Source of the DNA: Octopus vulgaris
Taxonomy: Eukaryota
DNA length: 64,000 bases
Assembly: GCA_951406725.2 (NCBI GenBank)
Contig: OX597825.1
Coordinates: forward strand, 63,798,001-63,862,000
Direction of reading: 5' to 3'
A program made the position numbers and the translations under genes. The notes under the pieces are model-generated. The model did not search any database and was not told where the DNA came from. It was given only the letters and a program-made list of their open reading frames with translations. Of this stretch, positions 1 through 13,364 are shown piece by piece. Numbering within the stretch: position 1 is the first letter of the stretch; every line of letters begins with the position of its first letter.

Positions 1-44
1 TGTTTGACTTCACATAAAAAATCTTGCACAACAAATATTTAAAC

Positions 45-80
<36 letters not shown>

Positions 81-154
81 GTCTATCTATTTATAAATTT
101 ATATATTAATTTCTCTCTCTCGGTATATATATATATATCTATATATATATACAC

Positions 155-189
<35 letters not shown>

Positions 190-191
<2 letters not shown>

Positions 192-1145
192 GTCCAGCAG
201 ATTGTAAAACGAGGCCTTGACGTCGTCTTCAGAAGTGAGAGTACACTTAAGGCATCTGTCTCGAATAAGCGGGATCCGAACAATCAGCAGGTGTTCGCTG
301 ACAGCAGTTTGGACCAGTCTGTTGATCCACGAGTTTCGTTTCGATGGCAAGGCCAACACCGTGGATGCGTCTTCCGTTAGGATTTTTTCTCTTCCAAAAC
401 ATGGTGTATTTGGAGCCAGCTTCTCTGATGCTGCCTTCTCCAGGAAGCTACTCTCGCTGAAGGCTGCCACGTCGATGCAGAAGTGGGCAAGTTCCGTCCA
501 GACGAGGGCTGTTCGTCGCTCCGAACGATTAATGCCACTATTGTCCTGGAGAGTGCGGATGTTTCTGGCCGTCAGAGGTTTTGAAATAAAGGATTTAGTT
601 TAGATGATGGATGAGTAGAAGTAGAATTTTGGCCGCTGAATGGGAGGTCCACCAGCTGCGGTATGCCGGCCAGATTGAGTTGCCCTGTCCGATGTTTACC
701 CCACGTTCTCTAAGAGCTCCTAAAGAGGCTAGCCCTGTCACGAGTCGTGCTGCCGAAATCCAATGTCACGGCTATTCCTTGTAGAGCGACCATCTAAGAT
801 TCGCAGCCAATGTGGGGCATCAAGCTTTCTAAACCTGCCTCTGGCGCCCGCGATACCATCGGCAATGGGTTCTTTTTTCTTGAGACTCAAACAGTAGAAA
901 GACGAAGCTAGTCGCTGAGTAAATTGTTTGAAGTGATCGTAGCTGCACGACAGCCACGCGCATGCACTTGGCCAGGAACTTCTCCATTGCGGGTCAAGTA
1001 TTGAGACGTGCAGTTTTGTTGAGGTTGGTTGCAGCGAAGTGCTGGAGTCTATCTGCCTTTGTCACGCCTGCCCGCAAGGCGTTGCATTCTTCTGCCGGCA
1101 TTACTCCATGGGGGTTTGAGATTGTCCTCTTCTGCTTGCTTTGCC

Positions 1146-1146
<1 letters not shown>
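190..1146 (-). mobile_element. RTE-clade LINE 5' portion: 5' UTR plus frameshifted APE endonuclease N-terminus
   Basis: Minus-strand translation across frameshifts: ARNIRTLQDNSGINRSERRTALVWTELAHFCIDVAAFSES..GSIREAGSKYTMFWKRKNPNGRRIHGVGLAIETK..VSEHLLIVRIPL..TLTSEDDVKASFYNLLDR, matching the RTE APE pattern WNVRTL..ERRTALVARELARYNIDIAALSE..GYTFFW..GVGFA. Bounded by (TG)n and (TA)n. Confidence 0.85.
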
Positions 1147-1197
<51 letters not shown>

Positions 1198-1213
1198 TTA
1201 AATAAATAACTAT

Positions 1214-1445
1214 ATCACCTGATCACTTGACCGACCAGTCCATCAGGCGTCCATTTGACACCGCTGGTCACAGCACGCTGTCTACTACTCTCTGGATCGC
1301 GCCTTTCTCATCCACGTGATCCCAATCGTCCTCCTGAAATCGTAACTCCACCGTCGTGGAGGTCTTCCGGGTGGTCTTTTCCGCTCATGCGGGTACCACT
1401 CGACAACTGCGTGGTTCCACCGATTATCGGTGAGCCTACGATCGG
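1214..1445 (-). mobile_element. 5'-truncated RTE LINE 3' end
   Basis: Minus strand encodes TDNRWNHAVVEWYPHERK/RPPGRPPRRWSYDF..WMRKARSRE (RTE ORF C-terminus), then a short UTR ending CAAGTGATCAGGTGAT. Confidence 0.8.
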
Positions 1446-1556
1446 TGAATACCTACGATCGTTTTAATGGGTTGATCGATAAATTTTTGAATGACAACGA
1501 TCAGGTGAACAGACAGATCTATTAATCTATTGAATAAAAGTAATCACGTGAATAAG
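1446..1556 (+). repeat. 111-bp local direct duplication of 4171-4281
   Basis: tgaatacctacgatcg...cacgtgaataag at both loci with 2 mismatches; this copy runs into (TA)n. Confidence 0.95.
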
Positions 1557-1558
1557 TT

Positions 1559-1646
<88 letters not shown>

Positions 1647-2476
1647 ATATATATGCACACATACATATATAAAGACATAACATAATAAATTATATATTGG
1701 GAAATTCACTCACCTTGATATTGTACCTTAGTAATAAGTTGTACCAATTACTTCCTCACTAGCTCTGATATATCAAACACTCACGAACATATTATTCTAT
1801 ATTCGTATATCCAAGTTTATAATATTAAATCAAATAATACATTCTGAAAGTTATAGTGATTCCTAAATCAAATAGTTTCATAAGCCAGTCCTTAATATTA
1901 TTTTCTGCTCTATACACGCTTGATAAAACGCAGATATTTATCAAATCAATCTCTTAATATGGTGCGTTTATAGGTCACAGAAAAGAATATGAACAGAATG
2001 AGCTAAGTCTTTGTTACGTGAAGGAAACGCATTTATATTTTACCCAATGAAAAAAGAACAAAATAACTACTATCCATAAATTGTTTCATAAAACATAATT
2101 CGTAACACGGATGAGCTTTCAGAACTTTATATGTAGCATACTTTTATAAACTTTCGGGAAGTAAAGCTATTCCTAAGTTTCAGCATACATGCACAAACTA
2201 CATCCTAAACATTTATTAATTAACTGCTTTTATGATCTTAATTGTAAAAGCGAAGATTAAAGGAATTGTTTTGAAATTAGCAAATAGGCAAGAAATTACT
2301 TGAATGGGGCACGTTGAATTATCATCGAGCCCCGAAGGAAGGAAGGAGAGAAAAATCGATCATTGTGAAAGAAAAGTTTACAGCAAATATAATTTCATCG
2401 TTAAACAATTCGCTTCACAATACATACATACATACGTGCGCACGTGTATGTATGGTGATATATACATATCTATAAG

Positions 2477-2539
<63 letters not shown>

Positions 2540-5500
2540 ATATGTATGTGTGTATGTGTGCATATGTGTGTGTGTGTGTATGTAAGTGTATATGTTTTGT
2601 GTCATGTTTTGCGGAGGGTATACTGGTGAAAGCTTGCAAAATTGTTGCGGTGACGAAAAGGAAATATAACGGGCATATGCTTCCGTCACATTTGTCAAAC
2701 TTGCATATCATTCCAAAATAAGGCCTAAAGGGGAAAAGAAAGACCCAGTCGAGTAAAACTTCTTGGTGTTCTCTAATATACATATAAAACAACATATTCC
2801 AGTTCCTCAAAGCAAATGATATGTCTTAAGCGGACTGCAATCAGACCAGCGATTATTTGTATTCATATAGTGTTATTTCTTTTTCTATTCACAATAAGAT
2901 TTCTTTAAAGAAATTAGCTTTTTATTTCTTGCAGATTAAATTGAAAGAAACAAAAAAAAAAAAACATCATGTTCTTAAATTGTATGTCTGCATTGCAAAT
3001 TAGAGTGTGATTCTGACGGATAGCACTACAATACTAATATAAAAGCAAAGACCAATGTAATTCCTTAAACAAACTGTCATGTACGAGTACTATTCCATTT
3101 CATTGCTTTATCACTAAATTAATTTACTAACTACTCTAATATGAGAAATGAATGACAAAAGCTGTGAATAATTTAGTACAAGTTTAGCAACTGATTGTCA
3201 ATAAATTTCAAATTGAATTTTATAGATTTGTATGGAGCAGTCAACCTTGTACCATTTGATGTACCGCTTTAAAATAATTTTTATCACTTATACTGCAAAT
3301 CTACTCTCATATAAAGTAGAATAATTTCTATTGCGAAATGTTTTCTTAACTAAACGGAGAAAAATATTGTCATAGACTATATATAATCAAATGCGTTAGT
3401 TCGTTTTACATGAAAGAAAATTATTGCCCAAACTGCTATATGTTCATAAGGAAATCTAATCTTAGTATGCAATATATTAATAATTTTGATTCACCTTCAT
3501 AATAGCTGATCACAATTTTTAAACTGCAATATTCCAAATGTGTTCAAGTAGACGCTATGCTATATAATGGTCGCCTTAAAGCTATATTTGCCAATTTAAT
3601 ATAGGAGCGGTAAAGTTTTTTAAAAGAAATACTGTGATTCAAGTGGCAAAATGCAATATATTGCACGTTCCATGCTTCATATTCTCCAAGTACTTTGTCC
3701 ATTGTAATATGTAGAGAAACTGAGCAAAAGGAATAAAAAAAAGTATAATCTAAATTTGATTTTTGTGGCGGAATAGAATGAAATAATAACAACACGTTTT
3801 GTACTTAAGCTGAGTCGCTTTTCAGTATTAAGCAAATTAGCCACTTAACTTCATATTTTTTTATTGATAAAACATAACACTGAAATGATTGCATGGGGTT
3901 GGTGTTAATACCAACATCGATAAACTGTTGCATGATAATCATTTTATTAGATTGAAGTCTAGACTACCGTGTTAAAAACTTAAGACAACTTCTATCAAGC
4001 GAAAATGAAATATATCTCAGAATACTTATCATCAATAACATCAATATAGTTCAGTGTTCTTCGTCCTCTTTTACAATGCGGATGTGTGCAACATATATTT
4101 TGGAGATTTGGATTGAGATACAATTTATTCAATGAACATGATTGTACTAATAAGCTAATTTAGCATCTCCTGAATACCTACGATCGTTTTAATGGGTTGA
4201 TCGATAAATTTTTGAATGACAATGACCAGGTGAACAGACAGATCTATTAATCTATTGAATAAAAGTAATCACGTGAATAAGCTGATATATATCTATTCAT
4301 TGACAACACACATAAAATGTCTGATCGATTATCACTGCAAAGACCATGATATTACCAGATTGATCTATGATAAATTGATTAACCATGATCATGTTAACAT
4401 ACTGATCATGACAAGTGAGATAGTTCTGAGACTTTAATCAGATAAACTAAAGTAATTAAAGCGCACCATTTGATTACAAATGAACAATTTTAGAACTAAT
4501 ATTTTCTTATTGTGGTGAACAGGGGTTGTCACCACTAATCTCTGTCCCCCTATTAGTACTATAAACAAATATGATTCTCCCAAATGTTTTATGTTTGCTA
4601 CATGCATTCAGTGCCTAAACGTTAGACTCTTTTATCCTTTTATCCTTTACTCTCCATATGTTTTACCCATGTTACCCAAACAACCTTGAATTGGTAAACC
4701 TCAAAATTTCAAAAATATCATACTCTCCTTTTCAAATCAGAGCATACTTGAGTTTAAATTGCGGAACCAATTTCAGGATTTACAAGAGAAAATATTGGTT
4801 TTGGAATTCTACTCGGTATTGTATTGTTGATGTAATAGTTTGAAATGCTGCTTAGCGTTTAGTCCACGCTGTAACGTCTCTGCCAGCTAGCGACATTAAT
4901 AGCTGATATAAGGATTTGAAACAATTTAAAGGTCTTCAAATGCCACACATTGATAACCAAGGATTTTCTGACTTTATCCAATTACTGAACATCATTGATA
5001 TATTGTTACTTTATCTAACCGATTTCGGAAAGCGGCTACGAAAGATCACAGCGACTGGATTTAAGCTCACAACGTAAAGACCTTTTACTAAATACAACAA
5101 TGTATATTTTTACGATTCCACCAATCCACAGCTAAAACATAATACAATGGGAATGGAATCACTCGACCTGGACAAAGAAAAGCGTAGCGGAATTAAACAT
5201 ATAGCTCTCTTCTAATTAAATAATTCCATTAATTCACCTTCTATTTTTCTCAACCGAGTTAGACATCTCTTCCATGCATCGGACAGATTTAGTTCACGTT
5301 GAAAATGATATCAGTGAATCAGCTTACTATTTGCTGAAGCAGACATAAATTAGATTTCTCAGATTCTGCTGTTCTAATTTGTCATTAGTATGTAAAAGAA
5401 ATACGATAAACTAATTTCCATTTATATCTTTCGCAATTGTCCACAACGAGGGTCAGCAGATTGGTAGTATAACATATATATGTTATAAAGAGCTCTGATA

Positions 5501-5649
5501 TTTTCATATAACAGAATATATCATAATATAATGAAAATTGATTTTATTACATACGTTGTTGTTTTGTATTGAAAGAACAGTCGATCTTCACTCTAATATT
5601 TTCCCTTCAAACTAGTATATAGACTGGACGTCTATATATTAGATTATAC

Positions 5650-5694
<45 letters not shown>

Positions 5695-5729
5695 CACACA
5701 CATACATACATACATACATACATTCATAC

Positions 5730-5792
<63 letters not shown>

Positions 5793-5939
5793 TATTCATA
5801 TTCCTCACCGAATACATTTGGAAATGTTCCATAACGTTTCATGTGGTTTTACAAATGGATGGCAAGCGGCCATTCACTCAACGTATACTCTGAATGTTAA
5901 TATTTTGTTACATAAAAAGTCCTTAGTTAAATGTGAGAT

Positions 5940-6003
<64 letters not shown>

Positions 6004-6302
6004 GCACTAACTTGCTTATGTGTGTAATATGGATTATACTATATTATATAATATTATATTATATTATGTTACACTATTCCTGTGTATTTTCGCATGTCAA
6101 ATGCAGGTAGCATAATGATTAAAAGTTAAGTATATACATATAATGAAACCAGGAAACTTAGAAGTTTACACATCTAAGTACCTAATTGTGATATTCAGGA
6201 TTATGGGAATATTGTATAAATTGCGGAGAGAGAAATAGATACTTAAGTAGAACTGATTATGCCAATAGATAAAGGAATTAATGTATACGCTGGATAATTA
6301 TG

Positions 6303-6303
6303 C

Positions 6304-6385
<82 letters not shown>
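6303..6385. repeat. (TAG)n microsatellite
   Basis: Direct reading. Confidence 0.95.
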
Positions 6386-7660
6386 TATAGGAAGTATTGA
6401 GTTAGGAGAAAGGGAAGGAAAACGATGATGAACAGGTAGGATCAAATATGAGAAATGGAAGTATACTTTGAAGAAAGTGGAGAAAATATATTGAGCTGCA
6501 TAAAAAATGGCAACACTAACCGCATTGGGAAAGTAATCCATCAATCAAGTTTGTAACGGGAGAAAAGATCTTGACGATAAGAACTAAATATGAAGTTAAC
6601 GAAAAGGGCCCAAGTGTGGAATACGGAGTGGGATCTGGAAATATGTCATCAGTTAACTCAAGATCTTTGGATAACCATGCGAGCAAATACAGATATTTGG
6701 CCTGAGAATGTAGAGAAGATACGCATTTTGTTGCACGCACTATCGGGCCTTTTTACGTCACAGGCGTTTGTAGAATTGAAGCGAGAGAGAATGATTTTTC
6801 ATGGCTAATTTACTAGTAAATTACTAGGGGAGTATTTGAGAGTTGACTGCTGAAAATGTATGAGAAAAATGTACACCACTTGGAATAAAGATAATGGAGA
6901 AACACTTAGATGGAAGGAGCATAGGACAGCCAGCAAAGAGTTTCTGGGAAGAGAAAAAATAAAGCAGATATGTTTGAACGTAGAATTACGTCATAGATTC
7001 TCATTTGGTCTTTTCTGCCGACCAACTATTGAGAGAGTGTAACACTCAAGCATCGAAACACCCAATGACATTTGGGCTACAACTGATGATACTTGTTCTA
7101 CTGGGCTAAGTTTAGTTAGGTAAGGTTACTGAAGAAATAATATTTTATTTTGTTTTTCTGCTTTTTAATTATGCCGAGAGATGTGAAGTGAAATGCAATG
7201 TAGCTTTTGTGAAAATGTCGGTATTGTATATATGTACATGTATACATATATACAATACATACACTCACACATACAAACACACATTCACACACACATACAC
7301 AAACATATACAATGCCTTTAAAATATAAAGTATATGCATACGTGTAAATATATGCACGTCTAATATGTATATATACATATACACATACATGTATATGTAT
7401 AATTGCAAACACATACACTCAAAAATAGATTAAAAATCACATAAACCCATACATATATATGTATATATATATGTAAATTTAAACACGTTTACATTCATAT
7501 AGGTATGTATATATATATATATATATATATACATGCATGTATACATACACGCATGTATCAATATTTATGAAGTAAATCGCATGCAGATATACACGCGCAT
7601 ACACACACACACGTGTGTGGAGATATATGTAGATATATAGATAGATAGATAGATAGAAAT

Positions 7661-7715
<55 letters not shown>

Positions 7716-9271
7716 TCTGTTATTATATGATTATGTATACGTGAAGATCACTAAGCGTGTACCGCAGTTTCGCACGTAAATTTGATGTATATGGTGGTGC
7801 ATACTCACACTTGTGCGTACACACACGCACACACACAAATGTACTCACACAGACACGCACAAACACACCGTTACATGTATATATCTACATAAATGGTTAC
7901 ATCATTTATTATACATATTTGTTGTATTAAGGAGCCCATGTAGTTTAACAATTTTCTATTTTCTTGATACTCTTTCTCCCTATATGTTCGTGCATTTAAT
8001 TATACTTGATACCCGAACAGATTTTACAGTTCAGTTTAACATTTTGATCCCAGATTCCGATTATTTAATATTTTACCCTCTCAACTATTTCTTAAAATGC
8101 TTTACCCTTAGCTCTAAAATCATTGGTATTGGGGTGGGGCATAATCAGTATGTGCACATTTTAATTACTCGCTGGTTTCTTTGATATAAAAATAAATTAG
8201 TTAAATATTAGAGAAGACTATGAAATGTGATTACTAGTCTGTTGGAGATAAATAGACAATCTAAAGGAAGATATAATAAACCGTATGTACACAAAAATGA
8301 TAGATATAAGTGGGCATTTAAAAATTTGAGCGTGTTTGTTTGATGTCGATGGGTGGGTAAGAAACACATAAAGTGAGAAAACCATTGATAGTTATACTAC
8401 AAGGTTGATATATATGATAATTGAAGAAAGGAACCTGTGAGAAGCATTGTGGTAGAGAGAGAGAGAGAGAGAGAGAGAGAGTGTGTGTGTGTATAAAAAG
8501 AGGGAAAAACAGAAAGGATGTATAGATGAATCAATAAGGTGAAGAAATATATTTTCGAGAAAGAAACGTACCAGTAAAGTCAGAATACAAAGACACGTAG
8601 TAAAACGGAAATTAATGGAGAGCAAGATGGTTAACATTAAATCTACGTGATCTAAAGAACAGCAAATTTGAAACGGTGATATAGATGGAATAGTGTGTTA
8701 GATTGAAAGAGAAACATTTATAATGGTTTGGAGAAGAGAGAAAGCTGCTTAATTGGTAAGTAGGTTGGTTGGTGTACAATCATTAATACAAGACACATTT
8801 CTTGAGCTACGACATGTGTGCATTCATATTGTTTTAATAATGACTGTTACGCATTCTCCATTTGACAAGAAGTAACAGTGCGTACCCTAAACAAAGACAG
8901 ATTTCCCAGAGGGTGCAGAATATAATAAGGTAAAATTATATTATCAGAATTTTCTACAGAGATTAGCATTAATTTAATCATATTTACACTACAATATCTC
9001 TCACAGAATTTTATAATTGCTTTGTCATAGATAAATATCCCTGAACGACAAATCGGAAATGTAGCTTTAATGACCATAGTATCTCGTGAATTTACTTAGC
9101 AGTCTTATGGGAAAAAAGAGGACTAGCATACGCACGACTAGATCATTTAAGTTTTCTGGCAAAATTATTGAAACTAATCAACTACCAGCATCATAAGAAA
9201 GTTCCTTAAACAAGTCATACAATGATATAAGAGTGACCACTTGATAAGTACTAATATTTATTCAGTGTTAT

Positions 9272-9504
9272 GAGGCGGCGATATGGCGGAATCGATAACA
9301 CGCCGGGGAATGCTTAGTGGACTGTTTATCCGTCCTCACATTCTGAGTTCAAATTTAGATGAGGTCGACTTTATCATTCATCCAATTCGACCGTGGTCTG
9401 TTTTCAGGCTCAATAAAATGAGTACCAGTTGAACAGTGGGGTCGATATCATTGACTTATCCACTCTCAACCGGATTTGCTGGCTTTGGGCTAAAATTTGA
9501 AACT
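9272..9504 (+). mobile_element. tRNA-derived SINE with Meta/MESC-like central domain (diverged)
   Basis: ggcggcgatatggcggaatcg head, gagttcaaat B-box-like motif, gaggtcgacttt..ttcatcc..ataaaatgagtaccag core; homologous to 34844-35236 and 59072-59294. Confidence 0.75.
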
Positions 9505-10051
9505 AATACTTATTCAGGATTATACATCACTATATATTGTTTCGCCAAAACCTATGCAAAGCTGTAGTTCATACACATTTATAAATTCCTGCTACCCCCA
9601 GCAGCGAAACGACCAGATCTTGTGAATTCTGCCTCCCATGGCTTTGTCAATAATGGACTCCCGGCCGCTAAAAGCAACAGCAATCTATCTCCGCCAGTGA
9701 TATGTAGAACCCCAGTGCGAGAACTAGCGGAGGTGTCACGATTTACCAGGGAGAATATAATGTATAAGTTATTAGATTTATAGATAATGTATAATATGTA
9801 AAATACAGTCCATTATGCTAATACAACTGCCCATTATTCAAAGCCTTTCGCAAAATCAAAAAAGATAACTGATTGAAAAACGAAATATATATTTCGTAAA
9901 AAAGAATGCCAGCACTGACACGGCCAAACCGAAAAAGTAAGCGGTTCAAACACGCGCAAATGTATGTACTGCCTAATTCACTCTAATATCAAACATTGCT
10001 GTTCTAAATAATCTATGCATATAAACATATATCATATATATATATATATAT

Positions 10052-10273
10052 ATATGAAGTTAACAATAAGGGACCAAGTGTGGAATACGGAGAGGGATCT
10101 GGAAATATGTCATCAGTTAACTCAAGATCTTTGGATAAACATGGGAGCAAATACAGATATTTGGCCTGAGAATGTAGAGAAGATACGAATTTTGTTGAAC
10201 GCACTATCGGGCCTTTATACGTCACAGACGTTTGTAGAATTGAAGCGAGAGAGAATGACCTTCATGGCTAATT

Positions 10274-10278
<5 letters not shown>
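10052..10278 (+). repeat. ~227-bp local direct duplication of 6588-6815 embedded in (TA)n
   Basis: atgaagttaac...atggctaatttacta at both loci, about 13 differences; this copy has (TA)n on both sides. Confidence 0.95.
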
Positions 10279-10331
<53 letters not shown>

Positions 10332-10439
10332 ATTATTATTATTATTATTATTATGCCACATTCATATATGTTTGTGTGTGCGCGTGTGTACATGTGTGCA
10401 CGAGTGTGTGCGTATGCACAGCTTACAAAGGGCGTTTTA

Positions 10440-10650
10440 ATCTCTTTCTTGTTTCAGTCATTTGAATGCGGCCATGCTAGAGTACAGCCTTCGAAGGCTG
10501 TAGACGAACAAATGGACACAAGGACTAGTACTTATTCACAAGCCTAGTACTTGTTCTATCGGTCTCTTCTCCCGAACCGCAAGGTTACACACATACAACG
10601 GTCGATGCGAAACAACAGCTATGAATGGGGACAAACCCAGACACAAACTT
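10440..10650 (-). mobile_element. SINE family A, 3' half
   Basis: cttgtttcagtcattt..ggccatgct..agcctagtact..tctatcggtctc..ccgaaccgc matches the 12651-13364 copies. Confidence 0.75.
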
Positions 10651-10716
10651 ATAGATTTATGTATCTATGTATAGATATAATCATATACATAGATGTGTGT
10701 GTATGTGTGTGTGTGC

Positions 10717-10764
<48 letters not shown>

Positions 10765-10936
10765 AATATTAGGGAATAAATCCAAATTTACAGGGAAAAA
10801 ATCAGATTTAGGATTAAATCCAATTTTATAGTAAAATATTATAAAATATTATTAGAGACAAAACCACTATTTTGCAAAACAAACAAGGAAAGACTTAATC
10901 AATACATAAAATTTTAATAAATAGTCAAATAAACCG

Positions 10937-10979
10937 CCACTACAATTGTTTCTTGTCTTGATCGACAATCTTCAGGTGG
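10937..10979 (-). ncRNA. Mirror copy of the hammerhead ribozyme
   Basis: Exact reverse complement of 11027-11069 in the left palindrome arm. Confidence 0.8.
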
Positions 10980-11026
10980 ACTTCCAATAAATCAGTTTCA
11001 AATTATGAAACTGATTTATTGGAAGT

Positions 11027-11069
11027 CCACCTGAAGATTGTCGATCAAGACAAGAAACAATTGTAGTGG
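11027..11069 (+). ncRNA. Minimal type-I hammerhead ribozyme (intact core)
   Basis: ccac-CTGAAGA-ttgtc(gatcaa)gacaa-GAAA-caattg-TA-gtgg: stem I ccac/gtgg, 5-bp stem II, palindromic stem III, predicted cleavage after GUA (11065). Confidence 0.8.
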
Positions 11070-11156
11070 CGGTTTATTTGACTATTTATTAAAATTTTAT
11101 GTATTAATTAAATCTTTCCTTGTTTGTTTTGCAAAATAGTGGTTTTGTCTCTAATA

Positions 11157-11202
<46 letters not shown>

Positions 11203-11264
11203 TATATATATAGTAGTAACAGAAAAGAGGAATTTCGTTTATCCGCACGTGGTAAGTTGTAATG

Positions 11265-11558
11265 TATACAAGAAATTAAAAAAGGAAAATACGCACACTT
11301 ACATAGTTTTAATGCAATTTTTAATATATCGACCGGTTTCGCTATCGCTATTCATGATATTATGTTTTACCTATTTGAATATATATTTTTTCCCAAGAGG
11401 AAATGTTGTCCATGTTGTGTGTGATTGGAATTCACTCGTGAATTTCATCATACACAACATGGAGAAAAGAAAAACATAATATCATGAATAGCGATAACGA
11501 AACCGGTCAATATATTAAAAATTATATTAAAACTATGCGTATTTTCCTTTTTTAATTT

Positions 11559-11566
<8 letters not shown>
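11265..11566. mobile_element. Second inverted-repeat element (arms 11265-11368 / 11471-11566), probable PLE remnant with hammerhead-like motif
   Basis: ~95-bp arms; right arm has taatat-catgaata-gcgataac-GAAA-ccgg-TC-aatatatta; between (TA)n tracts. Confidence 0.55.
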
Positions 11567-11616
<50 letters not shown>

Positions 11617-11638
11617 TATATAAACTGAATGTTTATAA

Positions 11639-11770
11639 TCCACTCACAGGCTTTCCGTCGGCCCGAGACTATACTAGAAAACAATTGACCCAGGTTCCAC
11701 ACAGTGTGACTGAAGCCGGAACAATGTGATTGGTAAGAAAGCTTCTTACCAAGCAGCTACGATTGCACCT
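11639..11770 (-). mobile_element. SINE family A, 5' part (diverged)
   Basis: tccactcacaggct..gtcggcccgagactata..gactgaagccggaac..ggtaagaaagctt matches family A head. Confidence 0.65.
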
Positions 11771-12063
11771 AAATTATTTTCCACTTCAATAATTTTATGT
11801 TGTCATATTGTATCGGGACTCTATTTCAAGTCGTAGATGCATTTCTATTATTTTTAAAGTCTTAGATAAGAGAATCAGTTTCTTGCAACTTAAAAAATGC
11901 TCTTTTTTGGTCTGAGAGTTCTTTTAATACAAATCTGATTTCTATTTATGTGTCAGAGAGGCTGTTCAAAACCCACGCATTCACACAGAGAATGATTTGC
12001 ACATGCGCACACAAATACGTACATATATATACACACAAACACACACAAATACGTACACACAGC

Positions 12064-12145
<82 letters not shown>

Positions 12146-12613
12146 CACACATACACAGACCGTCAGAAACACGGACACACATACATATATACATACATAC
12201 ATGCATACATACAAACATACATACATACATACATACATACATACATACATACTACATCGAGTACAATTTGTGATAGATCAGAATAAATGGAAGTAAATAA
12301 GATAAATATCGCAAAAAGATGGAAAAAAAACTCATAAGAAATCATGTACTATTTCAAGATGTGAATTCATTTTAGACAATAGTAGTTCCTAAATAGAATA
12401 ATAGAGTATATTTTGGGTGTGTATTTCTCATAGGCAGTAGAAGGTGAGTTAGGGGTCAGGTCACAATGACATCTATAATCCTGTGTAACTGAAAACGCAA
12501 ACATAAACACGTATGCATATAACGACACACATAGAAACACACGAGGGTAAACATCAAATAGAAGTTCTGGTAAGTAAAACTGAAGAGAAGAAATGGACGG
12601 ATTTGTATGTGTA

Positions 12614-12650
<37 letters not shown>

Positions 12651-12653
<3 letters not shown>

Positions 12654-12992
12654 ACTTTTTACTTGTTTCAGTCATTTGACTGTGGCCATGCTGGAGCACC
12701 GCCTTTAGTCGAGCAACTCGACCCCGGGACTTAATCTTTGTAAGCCCAGTACTTATTCTATCGGTCTCTTTTGCCGAACCGCTAAGTAACGGGGACGTAA
12801 ACACACCAGAATCGGTTGTCAAGCAATGCTAGGGGGACAAACACATACATATATACGACAGGCTTCTTTCAGTTTCCGTCTACCAAATCCACTCACAAGG
12901 CATTGGTCGGCCCGGGGCTATAACAGAAGACACTTGCCCAAGATGCCACGCAGTGGGACTGAACCCGGAACCATGTGGTTGGTTAGCAAGCT
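12651..12992 (-). mobile_element. tRNA-derived SINE family A (CORE-like motif, internal TA/CA tract)
   Basis: Minus strand: gcttgctaaccaaccacatggttccgggttcagtcccactgcgtggcatcttgggcaagtgtctt...ggcggtgctccagcatggccacagtcaaatgactgaaacaagtaaaa; many homologues in the window. Confidence 0.85.
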
Positions 12993-13002
12993 ATATATTT
13001 TT

Positions 13003-13364
13003 TTTTACTTGTTACTTGTTTCAGTCATTTGACTGTGGCCATGCTGGAGCACCGCCTTTTGTCGAGCAAATCGACCCCAGGACTTATTCTTTGTGAGCCT
13101 AGTACTTATTATATTGGTCTCTTTTTGCGAACCGCTAAGTTACGGGGACGTAAACACACCAGCATCGGTTGTCAAGCGATGTTGGGGGGACAAACACATT
13201 CACACACATACATATACATGTATATATACGACGGGCTTCTTCCTGTTTCCGTCTACCAAATCCACTCACAAGGCTTTGGTCGGCCCGAGGATATAGTAGA
13301 ATACACTTGCCTAAGATGCCACGCAGTGGGACTGAACCCGGAACCATGTGGTTGGTAAGAAAGC
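13003..13364 (-). mobile_element. SINE family A, second tandem copy
   Basis: Collinear with 12651-12992. Confidence 0.85.

Larger units (their letters stand above)
10761..11166. mobile_element. Penelope-like pLTR fragment in inverted configuration (161-bp arms 10840-11000 / 11006-11166) inside (TA)n
   Basis: Near-perfect palindrome (2 mismatches seen, 5-nt loop aatta); each arm carries a hammerhead motif; 10761-10830 is homologous to 42975-43048 (opposite strand). Confidence 0.75.

Noticed and set aside
1110-1146. HDV-like ribozyme at the RTE 5' end
   Set aside because: Only vague similarity to sequence near RTE 5' ends; upstream part is replaced by (TA)n and no pseudoknot can be drawn.
6590-6808. 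Duplicated 72-aa ORF (MKLTKRAQVWNTE..) as a paralogous gene pair
   Set aside because: Explained by the local duplication; no splice or homology support. The region may be a very old LINE on the minus strand.
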